The notes under the pieces are model-generated. The model saw only the letters and a list, made by a program, of their open reading frames with translations, made no database searches and had not been told where the DNA came from. The translations under genes were made by a program, and so were the position numbers. Of a stretch of 64,000 nt of DNA, positions 37,801 to 51,300 are shown one piece after another. The DNA comes from Eledone cirrhosa (Eukaryota). The DNA lies in contig OZ024744.1 of NCBI GenBank assembly GCA_964016885.1, positions 127,348,001 through 127,412,000 of the forward strand. Reading direction: 5' to 3'. Position 1 is the stretch's first letter; each line of letters opens with the position of its first letter.

Positions 37801-40800
37801 GGGTTAATTTAAGTTGGGGGTAAGTTAAGTTGGGGGCAAGTTAAGTTGGGGTTAATTTAAGTTGGGGTTAAGTTAAGTTGGGGTTATGTTAAGTTGGGGT
37901 TATGTTAAGTTGGGGTTAAGTTAAGTTGGGGTTAAGTTAAGTTGGGGGTAACTTAAGTTGGGGTTAAGTTAAGTTGAGGGTAAGTTAAGTTGAGGGTAAG
38001 TTAAGTTGAGGTTAAGTTAAGTTGGGGTTAAGTTAAGTTGGGGGTAAGTTAAGTTGGGGGTAAGTTAAGTTGGGGTTAAGTTAAGTTGGGGTTAAATTTA
38101 GTTGAGGTTAAGTTAATTTGGGGTTAAGTTAAGTTGGGGTTAAGTTAAGTTGGGGGTAAGATAAGTCGGGGCTAAGTTAAGTTGGGGCTAAGTCAAGTTG
38201 GGGTTAAGTCAAGTTGAGGTTAACTTAAGTTGGGGTTAATTTAAGTTGGGGTTAAGTTAAGTTGGGGTTAAGGTAAGTTGGGGTTAAGTTAAGTTGGGGC
38301 TAAGTTAAGTTGGGGTTGAGTTAAGTTGGGGTTGAGTTAAGTTGGGGTTAAGTTAAGTTGGGGTTAAGTTAAGTTGGGGGTAAGTTAAGTTGGGGGCGAG
38401 TTAAGTTGGGGTTAAGTTAAGTTGGGGTTAAGTTAAGTTGGGGTTAAGTTAAGTTAGGGTTAATTTCAGTTGGGGTTATGTTAAGTTGGCGTTAAGTTAA
38501 GTTGGGGTTAAGTTAAAGTTGGGGTTAAGTTAAGTTGGGGTAAAGTTAAGTTAGGGTTAAGTTAAGTTGGGGTTAAGTTAAGTTGGGGTTAAGTTAAGTT
38601 GGGGTTAAGGTAAGTTGGAGTTAAGTTAAGTTGGGGTTAACTTAAGTTGGGGTTAAGTTGGGGTTAAGTTAAGTTGGGGTTAAGTTAAGTTGGGGGTTAG
38701 TTAAGTTGGGGGCAAGTTAAGTTGGGGTTAATTTAAGTTGGGGTTAAGTTAAGTTGGGGTTATGCTAAGTTGGGGTTAAGTTAAGTTGGGGTTAAGTTAA
38801 GTTGGGGGTAAGTTAAGTTGGGGTTAAGTTAAGTTGGGGGTAAGTTAAGTTGGGGGTAAGTTAAGTTGAGGGTAAGTTAAGTTGGGGTTAAGTTAAGTTG
38901 GGGTTAAATTGAGTTGGGGGTAAGTTAAGTTGGGGGTAAGTTAAGTTGGGGTTAAGTTAAGTTGGGGTTAAGTTAAGTTGGGGTTAAGTTAAGGTGGGGG
39001 TAAGTTAAGTTGGGGTTAAGTTAATTTGCGGTTAAGTTAGGTTGTGGGTTAAGTTAAGTTGGGGTTAAGTTAAGCTGGGGTTAAGTTGGTGTTAAGTTAA
39101 GTTGGGGTTAAGTTAAGTTGGGGTTAAGTTAAGTTGGGGGTAAGTTAAGTTGGGGTTAAGTTAAGTTGGGGTTAAGTTAAGTTGGGGTTAAGTTAAGTTG
39201 GGGGTAAGATAAGTTGGGGCTAAGTTAAGTTGGGGCTAAGTCAAGTTGGGGTTAAGTCAAGTTGAGGTTAACTTAAGTTGGGGTTAAGTTAAGTTGGGGT
39301 TAAGTTAAGTTGGGGTTAAGATAAGTTGGGGTTAAGTTAAGTTGGGGCTAAGTTAAGTTGGGGCTAAGTTAAGTTGGGGCTGAGTTAAGTTGGGGTTAAG
39401 TTGGGGTTGAGTTAATTTGGGGTTAAGTTAAGTTGGGATTAAGTTAAGTTGGGGTAAAGTTAAGTTCGGGTTGAGTTAAGTTGGGGTTAAGTTAAGTTGG
39501 GGTTAAGTTAAGTTGGGGTTAATTTAAGTTGGGGTTAAGTTAAGTTGGGGTTAAGATAAGTTGGGGTTAAGTTAAGTTTGGGTTAAGTTAAGTTGGGGTT
39601 GAGTTAATTTGGGGTTAAGTTGGGGTTAACTTAAGTTTGGGTTAAGTTAAGTTGGGGTTAAGTTAAGTTGGGGGTAAGTTAAGTTGGGTGCAAGTTGAGT
39701 TGGGGTTAAGTTAAGTTGGGGTTAAGTTAAGGTGGGGGTAAGTTAAGTTGGGGGTAAGTTAAGTTGGGGTTAAGTTAAGTTGGGGTTAAGTTAAGTTGGG
39801 TTTAAGTTAAGTTGGGGCTAAGTTAAGTTGGAGCTAAGTTAAGTTGGGGCTGAGTTAAGTTGGGGTTAACTTAAGTTGGGGTTAAGTTGGGGTTAAGTTA
39901 AGTTGGGGTTAAATTAAGTTGGGGGTTAGTTAAGTTGGGGCAAGTTAAGTTGGGGTTAATTTAAGTTGGGGTTAAGTTAAGTTGGGGTTCAGTTAAGTTG
40001 GGGTTAAGTTAAGTTGGGGTTAAGTTAAGTTGGGGTTAGTTAAGTTGGGGTTAAGTTAAGTTGGGGTTAAGTTAAGTTGGGGTTAAGTTAAGTTGGGGTT
40101 AAGTTAAGTTGGCGTTAAGTTAAGTTGGGGTTAAGTTAAGTTGGGGTTAATTTAAGTTGGGGTTAAGATAAGGTGTGGTTAAGTTAAGTTGGGGGTAAGT
40201 TAAGTTGGGTGTAAGTTAAGTTGGGGTTAAGTTAAGTTGGGGTTCAGTTCAGTTGGGGTTAAGTTAAGTTGGGGTTAAGTTAAGTTGGGGGTAAGTTAAG
40301 TTGGGGTTAAGTTAAGTTGGGGTTAAGTTAAGTTGGGGTTAAGTTAAGTTGGGGTTAAGTTAAGTTGGGGTTAAGTTAAGTTGGGGTTAAGTTAATTTGG
40401 GGCTGAGTTAAGTTGGGGTTAAGTTAAGTTCGGGTTGAGTTAAGTTGGGGTTAAGTTAAGTTGGGGTTAAGTTAAGTTGGGGTTAAGTTAAGTTGGGGTT
40501 AAGATAAGTTGGGGTTAAGTTAAGTTGGGTTTAATTTAAGTTGGGGTTGAGGTAATTTGGGTTTAAGTTAAGTTGGGCTTAACTTAAGTTGGGGTTAAGT
40601 TGGGGTTAAGTTAAGTTGGGGTTAAGTTAAGTTGGGGGTAAGTTAAGTTGGGGGCAAGTTAAGTTGGGGTTAATTTAAGTTGGGGTTAAGTTAAGTTGGG
40701 GTTATGTTAAGTTGGGGTTATGTTAAGTTGGGGTTAAGTTAAGTTGGGGTTAAGTTAAGTTGGGGGTAAGTTAAGTTGATGGTAAGTTAAGTTGGGGTTA

Positions 40801-43800
40801 AGTTAAGTTGGGGTTAAGTTAAGTTGGGGGTAAGATAAGTTGGGGCTAAGTTAAGTTGGGCTTAACTTAAGTTGGGGTTAAGTTGGGGTTAATTTAAGTT
40901 GGGGTTAAGTTAAGTTGGGGTTAAGGTAAGTTGGGGTTAAGTTAAGTTGGGGCTAAGTTAAGTTGGGGCTAAGTTAAGTTGGGGCTGAGTTAAGTTGGGG
41001 TTAAGTTGGGGTTGAGTTAAGTTGGGGTTAAGTTAAGTTGGGGTTAACTTAAGTTGGGGTTAAGTTAAGATGGGGTTAAGTTAAGTTGGGGGTAAGTTAA
41101 GTTGGGGGCAAGTTGAGTTGGGGTTAAGTTAAGTTGGGGTTAAGTTAAGGTGGGGGTAAGTTAAGTTGGGGGTAAGTTAAGTTGGCGTTAAGTTAAGTTG
41201 GGGTTAAGTTAAGTTGGGTTTAAGTTAAGTTGGGGCTAAGTTAAGTTGGGGCTAAGTTAAGTTGGGGCTGAGTTAAGTTGGGGTTGAGTTAAGTTGGGGT
41301 TAACTTAAGTTGGGGTTGAGTTGGGGTTAAGTTAAGTTGGGGGTTAGTTAAGTTGGGGGCAAGTTAAGTTGGGGTTAATTTAAGTTGGGGTTAAGTTAAG
41401 TTGGGGTTATGTTAAGTTGGGGTTAAGTTAAGTTGGGGTTAAGTTAAGTTGGGGGTAAGTTAACTGGGGTTAAGTTAAGTTGGGGGTAAGTTAAGTTGAG
41501 GCTAAGTTAAGTTGGGGTTAAGTTAAGTTGGGGTTCAATTAAGTTGGGGGTAAGTTAAGTTGGGGTTAAGTTAAGTTGTGGTTAAGATAAGTTGGGGCTA
41601 AGTTCAGTTGGGGCTAAGTCAAGTTGGGGTTAAGTCAAGTTGAGGTTAACTTAAGTTGGGGTTAAGTTAAGTTGGGGTTAAGTTAAGTTGGGGTTAAGGT
41701 AAGTTGGGGTTATGTTAAGTTGGGGCTAAGTTAAGTTGGGGCTAAGTTAAGTTGGGGCTAAATTAAGTTGGGGCTGAGTTAAGTTGGGGTTAAGTTAAGT
41801 TGGGGTTGAGTTAAGTTGGGGTTAAGTTAAGTTGGGATTAAGTTAAGTTGGGGTTAAGTTAAGTTCGGCTTGAGTTAAGTTGGGGTTAAGTTAAGTTGGG
41901 GTTAATTTAAGTTGGGGTTAAGTTAAGTTGGGGGTAAGTTAAGTTGGGTGTAAATTAAGTTGGGGTTAAGTTAAGTTGGGGTTCAGTTCAGTTGGGGTTA
42001 AGTTAAGTTGGGGTTAAGTTAAGTTGGGGTTAAGTTAAGTTGGGGGTAACTTAAATTGGGGGCAAGTTAAGTTGGGGTTAATTTAAGTTGGGGTTAAGTT
42101 AAGTTGGGGTTATGTTAAGTTGGGGTTAAGTTAAGTTGGGGTTAAGTTAAGTTGGGGGTAACTTAAGTTGGGGTTAAGTTAAGTTGGGGTTAAGTTAAGT
42201 TGAGGGTAAGTTAAGTTGAGGGTAAGTTAAGTTGAGGTTAAGTTAAGTTGGGGTTAAGTTAAGTTGGGGGTAAGTTAAGTTGGGGGTAAGTTAAGTTGGG
42301 GTTAAGTTAAGTTGGGGTTAAATTAAGTTGAGGTTAAGTTAATTTGGGGTTAAGTTGGGGTTAAGTTAAGTTGGGGGTAAGATAAGTTGGGGCTAAGTCA
42401 AGTTGGGGTTAAGTCAAGTTGAGGTTAACTTAAGTTGGGGTTAAGTTAAGTTGGGGTTAAGTTAAGTTGGGGCTAAGTCAAGTTGGGGTTAAGTCAAGTT
42501 GAGGTTAACTTAAGTTGGGGTTAAGTTAAGTTGGGGTTAAGTTAAGTTGGGGCTAAGTTAAGTTGGGGCTAAGTAAAGTTAGGGTTAATTTCAGTTGGGG
42601 TTATGTTAAGTTGGGGTTAAGTTAAAGTTGGGGTTAAGTTAAGTTGGGGTAAAGTTAAGTTAGGGTTAAGTTAAGTTGGGGTTAAGTTAAGTTGGGCTTA
42701 AATTAAGTTGGGGTTAAGTTAAGTTGGGGTTAAGTTAAGTTGGGGTTAAATTAAGTTGGGGTTCAGTTAAGTTGGGGTTAAATTAAGTTGGGGTTAAGTT
42801 AAGTTGGGGTTAGTTAAGTTGGGGTTAAGTTAAGTTGGGGTTAAGTTAAGTTGGGGTTAAGTTAAGTTGGGGTTAAGTTAAGTTGGGGTTAAGTTAAGTT
42901 GGGGTTCAGTTAAGTTGGGGTTAAGTTAAGTTGGGGTTAAGTTAAGTTGGGGTTAGTTAAGTTGGGGTTAAGTTAAGTTGGGGTTAAGTTAAGTTGGGGT
43001 TAAGTTAAGTTGGGGTTAAGTTAAGTTGGGGTTAAGTTAAGTTGGCGTTAAGTTAAGTTGGGGTTAAGTTAAGTTGGGGTTAATTTAAGTTGGGGTTAAG
43101 ATAAGTTGGGGTTAAGTTAAGTTGGGGTTAATTTAAGTTGGGGTTGAGGTAATTTGGGTTTAAGTTAAGTTGGGCTTAACTTAAGTTGGGGTTAAGTTGG
43201 GGTTAAGTTAAGTTGGGGTTAAGTTAAGTTGGGGTTAAGTTAAGTTGGGTTTAAGTTAAGTTGGGGCTAAGTTAAGTTGGGGCTAAGTTAAGTTGGGGCT
43301 GAGTTAAGTTGGGGTTAACTTAAGTTGGGGTTAAGTTGGGGTTAAGTTAAGTTGGGGTTAAATTAAGTTGGGGGTTAGTTAAGTTGGGGCAAGTTAAGTT
43401 GGGGTTAATTTAAGTTGGGGTTAAGTTAAGTTGGGGTTAAATTAAGTTGGGGTTAAGTTAAGTTGGGGTTGAGGTAAGTTGGGGTTATGTTAAGTTGGGG
43501 CTAAGTTAAGTTGGGGCTGAGTTAAGTTGGGGTTAAGTTAAGTTGGGGTTGAGTTAAGTTGGGGTTAAGTTAAGTTGGGATTAAGTTAAGTTGGGGTTAA
43601 GTTAAGTTCGGCTTGAGTTAAGTTGGGGTTAAGTTAAGTTGGGGTTAATTTAAGTTGGGGTTAAGTTAAGTTGGGGTTAAGATAAGTTGGGGTTAAGTTA
43701 AGTTGGGGTTAAGTTAAGTTTGGGTTGAGTTAATTTGGGGTTAAGTTAAGTTGGGGTTAACTTAAGTTGGGGTTAAGTTGGGGTTAAGTTAAGTTGGGGG

Positions 43801-45320
43801 TAGGTTAAGTTGGGGTTAAGTTAAGTTGGGGGTAAGTTAAGTCGGGGTTAAGTTAAGTTGGGGGTAAGTTAAGTCGGGTTTAAGTTAAGTTGGGGTTAAG
43901 TTAAGTTGGGGTTAAGTTAAGTTGGGGGTAAGTTAAGTCGGGGTTAAGTTAAGTTGGGGTTAAGTTAAGTTGGGTTTAAGGTAAGTTGGGGCTAAGTTAA
44001 GTTGGGGCTAAGTTAAGCTGGGGTTAAGTTAAGTTGGGGTTAAGTTAAGTTGGGGTTAAGTTAAGTTGGGGTTAAGTTAAGTTGGGGTTGAGTTAAGTTG
44101 GGGTTGAGTTAAGTTGGGGTTAAGTTAAGTTGGGGTTAAGTTAAGTTGGGGTTAAGTTAAGTTGGGGTTAAGTTAAGTTGGGGTTACGTTAAGTTGGGGG
44201 TAAGTTAAGTTGGGGGCAAGTTAAGTTGGGGTTAAGTTAAGTTGGGGTTAAGTTAAGTTGGGGTTAAGTTAAGTTAGGGTTAATTTCAGTTGGGGTTATG
44301 TTAAGTTGGCGTTAGGTTAAGTTGGGGTTAAGTTAAAGTTGGGGTTAAGTTAAGTTGGGGTAAAGTTAAGTTAGGGTTAAATTAAGTTGGGGTTCAGTTA
44401 AGTTGGGGTTAAATTAAGTTGGGGTTAAGTTAAGTTGGGGTTAGTTAAGTTGGGGTTAAGTTAAGTTGGCGTTAAGTTAAGTTGGGGTTAAGTTAAGTTG
44501 GGGTTAAGTTAAGTTGGGGTTAAGTTAAGTTGGGGTTAAGTTAAGTTGGGGTTAAGTTAAGTTGGAGTTAAGTCAAGTTGGGGTTAAGTCAAGTTGGGGT
44601 TAAGTCAAGTTGGGGTTAAGTCAAGTTGGGGTTAAGTTAAGTTGGGGTTAAGTTAAGTTGGGGTTAAGTTAAGTTGGGGGTAAGTTAAGTTGGGTGTAAG
44701 TTAAGTTGGGGTTAAGTTAAGTTGGGGTTCAGTTCAGTTGGGGTTAAGTTAAGTTGGGGTTAAGTTAAGCTGGGGGTAAGTTAAGTTGGGGTTAAGTTAA
44801 GTTGGGGTTAAGTTAAGTTGGGGTTAAGTTAAGTTGGGGTTAAGTTAAGTTGGAGTTAAGTTAAGTTGGGGTTAAGCTAAGTTGGGGTTCAGTTAAGTTG
44901 GGGTTAAGTTAATTTGGGGCTGAGTTAAGTTGGGGTTAAGTTAAGTTCGGGTTGAGTTAAGTTGGGGGTAAGTTAAGTTGGGGTTAAGTTAAGTTGGGGT
45001 TAAGTTAAGTTGGGGTTAAGATAAGTTGGGGTTAAGTTAAGTTGGGGTTAATTTAAGTTGGGGTTGAGTTAATTTGGGTTTAAGTTAAGTTGGGCTTAAC
45101 TTAAGTTGGGGTTAAGTTAAGTTGGGGTTAAGTTAAGTTGGGGGTAAGTTAAGTTGGGGGCAAGTTAAGTTGGGGTTAATTTAAGTTGGGGTTAAGTTAA
45201 GTTGGGGTTATGTTAAGTTGGGGTTAAGTTAAGTTGGGGTTAAGTTAAGTTGGGGTTAAATTAAGTTGAGGTTAAGTTAATTTGGGGTTAAGTTGGGGTT
45301 AAGTTAAGTTGGGGTTAAGT
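31830..45320 (+). repeat. Copy B of ~14.4-kb super-HOR (13,492 bp: one extra 1,790-bp unit and a 2,726-bp deletion)
   Basis: GGCG 31835/45327 and TTTGCGG 35445/48937 give offset 13492. TGGGTGCAAG 39685/51387 gives 11702. TTACG 44184/58612 gives 14428. Confidence 0.88.
34110..39485 (+). repeat. 1,790-bp HOR unit x3
   Basis: TTTGCGG is at 35445, 37235 and 39025 (spacing 1790), with the same accompanying markers as the other 1,790-bp units. Confidence 0.93.
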
Positions 45321-48300
45321 TAAGTTGGCGTTAAGTTAAGTTGGGGTTAAGTTAAGTTGGGGTTAATTTAAGTTGGGGTTAAGATAAGGTGTGGTTAAGT
45401 TAAGTTGGGGGTAAGTTAAGTTGGGTGTAAGTTAAGTTGGGGTTAAGTTAAGTTGGGGTTCAGTTCAGTTGGGGTTAAGTTAAGTTGGGGTTAAGTTAAG
45501 CTGGGGGTAAGTTAAGTTGGGGTTAAGTTAAGTTGGGCTTAAGTTAAGTTGGGGTTAAGTTAAGTTGGGGTTAAGTTAAGTTGGAGTTAAGTTAAGTTGG
45601 GGTTAAGCTAAGTTGGGGTTCAGTTAAGTTGGGGTTAAGTTAATTTGGGGCTGAGTTAAGTTGGGGTTAAGTTAAGTTCGGGTTGAGTTAAGTTGGGGTT
45701 AAGTTAAGTTGGGGTTAAGTTAAGTTGGGGTTAAGTTAAGTTGGGGTTAAGATAAGTTGGGGTTAAGTTAAGTTGGGGTTAATTTAAGTTGGGGTTGAGG
45801 TAATTTGGGTTTAAGTTAAGTTGGGCTTAACTTAAGTTGGGGTTAAGTTGGGGTTAAGTTAAGTTGGGGTTAAGTTAAGTTGGGGGTAAGTTAAGTTGGG
45901 GGCAAGTTAAGTTGGGGTTAATTTAAGTTGGGGTTAAGTTAAGTTGGGGTTATGTTAAGTTGGGGTTATGTTAAGTTGGGGTTAAGTTAAGTTGGGTTTA
46001 AGTTAAGTTGGGGGTAAGTTAAGTTGATGGTAAGTTAAGTTGGGGTTAAGTTATGTTGGGGTTAAGTTAAGTTGGGGGTAAGATAAGTTGGGGCTAAGTT
46101 AAGTTGGGCTTAACTTAAGTTGGGGTTAAGTTGGGGTTAATTTAAGTTGGGGTTAAGTTAAGTTGGGGTTAAGGTAAGTTGGGGTTAAGTTAAGTTGGGG
46201 CTAAGTTAAGTTGGGGCTAAGTTAAGTTGGGGCTGAGTTAAGTTGGGGTTAAGTTGGGGTTGAGTTAAGTTGGGGTTAAGTTAAGTTGGGGTTAACTTAA
46301 GTTGGGGTTAAGTTAAGATGGGGTTAAGTTAAGTTGGGGGTAAGTTAAGTTGGGGGCAAGTTGAGTTGGGGTTAAGTTAAGTTGGGGTTAAGTTAAGGTG
46401 GGGGTAAGTTAAGTTGGGGGTAAGTTAAGTTGGCGTTAAGTTAAGTTGGGGTTAAGTTAAGTTGGGTTTAAGTTAAGTTGGGGCTAAGTTAAGTTGGAGC
46501 TAAGTTAAGTTGGGGCTGAGTTAAGTTGGGGTTGAGTTAAGTTGGGGTTAACTTAAGTTGGGGTTAAGTTGGGGTTAAGTTAAGTTGGGGGTTAGTTAAG
46601 TTGGGGGCAAGTTAAGTTGGGGTTAATTTAAGTTGGGGTTAAGTTAAGTTGGGGTTATGTTAAGTTGGGGTTAAGTTAAGTTGGGGTTAAGTTAAGTTGG
46701 GGGTAAGTTAACTGGGGTTAAGTTAAGTTGGGGGTAAGTTAAGTTGAGGCTAAGTTAAGTTGGGGTTAAGTTAAGTTGGGGTTCAATTAAGTTGGGGGTA
46801 AGTTAAGTTGGGGGTAAGTTAAGTTGGGGTTAAGTTAAGTTGGGGTTAAATTAAATTGAGGTTAAGTTAAGTTGGGGTTAAGTTAAGTTGGGGTTAAGTT
46901 AAGTTGGGGTTAAGATAAGTTGGGGCTAAGTTCAGTTGGGGCTAAGTCAAGTTGGGGTTAAGTCAAGTTGAGGTTAACTTAAGTTGGGGTTAAGTTAAGT
47001 TGGGGTTAAGTTAAGTTGGGGTTAAGGTAAGTTGGGGTTATGTTAAGTTGGGGCTAAGTTAAGTTGGGGCTAAGTTAAGTTGGGGCTAAGTTAAGTTGGG
47101 GCTGAGTTAAGTTGGGGTTAAGTTAAGTTGGGGTTGAGTTAAGTTGGGGTTAAGTTAAGTTGGGATTAAGTTAAGTTGGGGTTAAGTTAAGTTCGGCTTG
47201 AGTTAAGTTGGGGTTAAGTTAAGTTGGGGTTAATTTAAGTTGGGGTTAAGTTAAGTTGGGGGTAAGTTAAGTTGGGTGTAAGTTAAGTTGGGGTTAAGTT
47301 AAGTTGGGGTTCAGTTCAGTTGGGGTTAAGTTAAGTTGGGGTTAAGTTAAGTTGTGGTTAAGTTAAGCTGGGGGTAAGTTAAGTTGGGGTTAAGTTAAGT
47401 TGGGGTTAAGTTAAGTTGGGGTTAAGTTAAGTTGGAGTTAAGTTGGGGTTAAGCTAAGTTGGGGTTCAGTTAAGTTGGGGTTAAGTTAATTTGGGGCTGA
47501 GTTAAGTTGGGGTTAAGTTAAGTTCGGGTTGAGTTAAGTTGGGGTTAAGTTAAGTTGGGGTTAAGTTAAGTTGGGGTTAAGTTAAGTTGGGGTTAAGATA
47601 AGTTGGGGTTAAGTTAAGTTGGGGTTAATTTAAGTTGGGGTTGAGTTAATTTGGGTTTAAGTTAAGTTGGGCTTAACTTAAGTTGGGGTTAAGTTGGGGT
47701 TAAGTTAAGTTGGGGTTAATTTAAGTTGGGGGTAAGTTAAGTTGGGGGCAAGTTAAGTTGGGGTTAATTTAAGTTGGGGTTAAGTTAAGTTGGGGTTATG
47801 TTAAGTTGGGGTTATGTTAAGTTGGGGTTAAGTTAAGTTGGGGTTAAGTTAAGTTGGGGGTAACTTAAGTTGGGGTTAAGTTAAGTTGAGGGTAAGTTAA
47901 GTTGAGGGTAAGTTAAGTTGAGGTTAAGTTAAGTTGGGGTTAAGTTAAGTTGGGGGTAAGTTAAGTTGGGGGTAAGTTAAGTTGGGGTTAAGTTAAGTTG
48001 GGGTTAAATTAAGTTGAGGTTAAGTTAATTTGGGGTTAAGTTAAGTTGGGGTTAAGTTAAGTTGGGGGTAAGATAAGTCGGGGCTAAGTTAAGTTGGGGC
48101 TAAGTCAAGTTGGGGTTAAGTCAAGTTGAGGTTAACTTAAGTTGGGGTTAATTTAAGTTGGGGTTAAGTTAAGTTGGGGTTAAGGTAAGTTGGGGTTGAG
48201 TTAAGTTGGGGCTAAGTTAAGTTGGGGTTGAGTTAAGTTGGGGTTGAGTTAAGTTGGGGTTAAGTTAAGTTGGGGTTAAGTTAAGTTGGGGGTAAGTTAA

Positions 48301-51300
48301 GTTGGGGGCGAGTTAAGTTGGGGTTAAGTTAAGTTGGGGTTAAGTTAAGTTGGGGTTAAGTTAAGTTAGGGTTAATTTCAGTTGGGGTTATGTTAAGTTG
48401 GCGTTAAGTTAAGTTGGGGTTAAGTTAAAGTTGGGGTTAAGTTAAGTTGGGGTAAAGTTAAGTTAGGGTTAAGTTAAGTTGGGGTTAAGTTAAGTTGGGG
48501 TTAAGTTAAGTTGGGGTTAAGGTAAGTTGGAGTTAAGTTAAGTTGGGGTTAACTTAAGTTGGGGTTAAGTTGGGGTTAAGTTAAGTTGGGGTTAAGTTAA
48601 GTTGGGGGTTAGTTAAGTTGGGGGCAAGTTAAGTTGGGGTTAATTTAAGTTGGGGTTAAGTTAAGTTGGGGTTATGCTAAGTTGGGGTTAAGTTAAGTTG
48701 GGGTTAAGTTAAGTTGGGGGTAAGTTAAGTTGGGGTTAAGTTAAGTTGGGGGTAAGTTAAGTTGGGGGTAAGTTAAGTTGAGGGTAAGTTAAGTTGGGGT
48801 TAAGTTAAGTTGGGGTTAAATTGAGTTGGGGGTAAGTTAAGTTGGGGGTAAGTTAAGTTGGGGTTAAGTTAAGTTGGGGTTAAGTTAAGTTGGGGTTAAG
48901 TTAAGGTGGGGGTAAGTTAAGTTGGGGTTAAGTTAATTTGCGGTTAAGTTAGGTTGTGGGTTAAGTTAAGTTGGGGTTAAGTTAAGCTGGGGTTAAGTTG
49001 GGGTTAAGTTAAGTTGGGGTTAAGTTAAGTTGGGGTTAAGTTAAGTTGGGGGTAAGTTAAGTTGGGGTTAAGTTAAGTTGGGGTTAAGTTAAGTTGGGGT
49101 TAAGTTAAGTTGGGGGTAAGATAAGTTGGGGCTAAGTTAAGTTGGGGCTAAGTCAAGTTGGGGTTAAGTCAAGTTGAGGTTAACTTAAGTTGGGGTTAAG
49201 TTAAGTTGGGGTTAAGTTAAGTTGGGGTTAAGATAAGTTGGGGTTAAGTTAAGTTGGGGCTAAGTTAAGTTGGGGCTAAGTTAAGTTGGGGCTGAGTTAA
49301 GTTGGGGTTAAGTTGGGGTTGAGTTAATTTGGGGTTAAGTTAAGTTGGGATTAAGTTAAGTTGGGGTAAAGTTAAGTTCGGGTTGAGTTAAGTTGGGGTT
49401 AAGTTAAGTTGGGGTTAATTTAAGTTGGGGTTGAGTTAATTTGGGTTTAAGTTAAGTTGGGCTTAACTTAAGTTGGGGTTAAGTTGGGGTTAAGTTAAGT
49501 TGGGGTTAATTTAAGTTGGGGGTAAGTTAAGTTGGGGGCAAGTTAAGTTGGGGTTAATTTAAGTTGGGGTTAAGTTAAGTTGGGGTTATGTTAAGTTGGG
49601 GTTATGTTAAGTTGGGGTTAAGTTAAGTTGGGGTTAAGTTAAGTTGGGGGTAACTTAAGTTGGGGTTAAGTTAAGTTGAGGGTAAGTTAAGTTGAGGGTA
49701 AGTTAAGTTGAGGTTAAGTTAAGTTGGGGTTAAGTTAAGTTGGGGGTAAGTTAAGTTGGGGGTAAGTTAAGTTGGGGTTAAGTTAAGTTGGGGTTAAATT
49801 TAGTTGAGGTTAAGTTAATTTGGGGTTAAGTTAAGTTGGGGTTAAGTTAAGTTGGGGGTAAGATAAGTCGGGGCTAAGTTAAGTTGGGGCTAAGTCAAGT
49901 TGGGGTTAAGTCAAGTTGAGGTTAACTTAAGTTGGGGTTAATTTAAGTTGGGGTTAAGTTAAGTTGGGGTTAAGGTAAGTTGGGGTTAAGTTAAGTTGGG
50001 GCTAAGTTAAGTTGGGGTTGAGTTAAGTTGGGGTTGAGTTAAGTTGGGGTTAAGTTAAGTTGGGGTTAAGTTAAGTTGGGGGTAAGTTAAGTTGGGGGCG
50101 AGTTAAGTTGGGGTTAAGTTAAGTTGGGGTTAAGTTAAGTTGGGGTTAAGTTAAGTTAGGGTTAATTTCAGTTGGGGTTATGTTAAGTTGGCGTTAAGTT
50201 AAGTTGGGGTTAAGTTAAAGTTGGGGTTAAGTTAAGTTGGGGTAAAGTTAAGTTAGGGTTAAGTTAAGTTGGGGTTAAGTTAAGTTGGGGTTAAGTTAAG
50301 TTGGGGTTAAGGTAAGTTGGAGTTAAGTTAAGTTGGGGTTAACTTAAGTTGGGGTTAAGTTGGGGTTAAGTTAAGTTGGGGTTAAGTTAAGTTGGGGGTT
50401 AGTTAAGTTGGGGGCAAGTTAAGTTGGGGTTAATTTAAGTTGGGGTTAAGTTAAGTTGGGGTTATGCTAAGTTGGGGTTAAGTTAAGTTGGGGTTAAGTT
50501 AAGTTGGGGGTAAGTTAAGTTGGGGTTAAGTTAAGTTGGGGGTAAGTTAAGTTGGGGGTAAGTTAAGTTGAGGGTAAGTTAAGTTGGGGTTAAGTTAAGT
50601 TGGGGTTAAATTGAGTTGGGGGTAAGTTAAGTTGGGGGTAAGTTAAGTTGGGGTTAAGTTAAGTTGGGGTTAAGTTAAGTTGGGGTTAAGTTAAGGTGGG
50701 GGTAAGTTAAGTTGGGGTTAAGTTAATTTGCGGTTAAGTTAGGTTGTGGGTTAAGTTAAGTTGGGGTTAAGTTAAGCTGGGGTTAAGTTGGTGTTAAGTT
50801 AAGTTGGGGTTAAGTTAAGTTGGGGTTAAGTTAAGTTGGGGGTAAGTTAAGTTGGGGTTAAGTTAAGTTGGGGTTAAGTTAAGTTGGGGTTAAGTTAAGT
50901 TGGGGGTAAGATAAGTTGGGGCTAAGTTAAGTTGGGGCTAAGTCAAGTTGGGGTTAAGTCAAGTTGAGGTTAACTTAAGTTGGGGTTAAGTTAAGTTGGG
51001 GTTAAGTTAAGTTGGGGTTAAGATAAGTTGGGGTTAAGTTAAGTTGGGGCTAAGTTAAGTTGGGGCTAAGTTAAGTTGGGGCTGAGTTAAGTTGGGGTTA
51101 AGTTGGGGTTGAGTTAATTTGGGGTTAAGTTAAGTTGGGATTAAGTTAAGTTGGGGTAAAGTTAAGTTCGGGTTGAGTTAAGTTGGGGTTAAGTTAAGTT
51201 GGGGTTAAGTTAAGTTGGGGTTAATTTAAGTTGGGGTTAAGTTAAGTTGGGGTTAAGATAAGTTGGGGTTAAGTTAAGTTTGGGTTAAGTTAAGTTGGGG

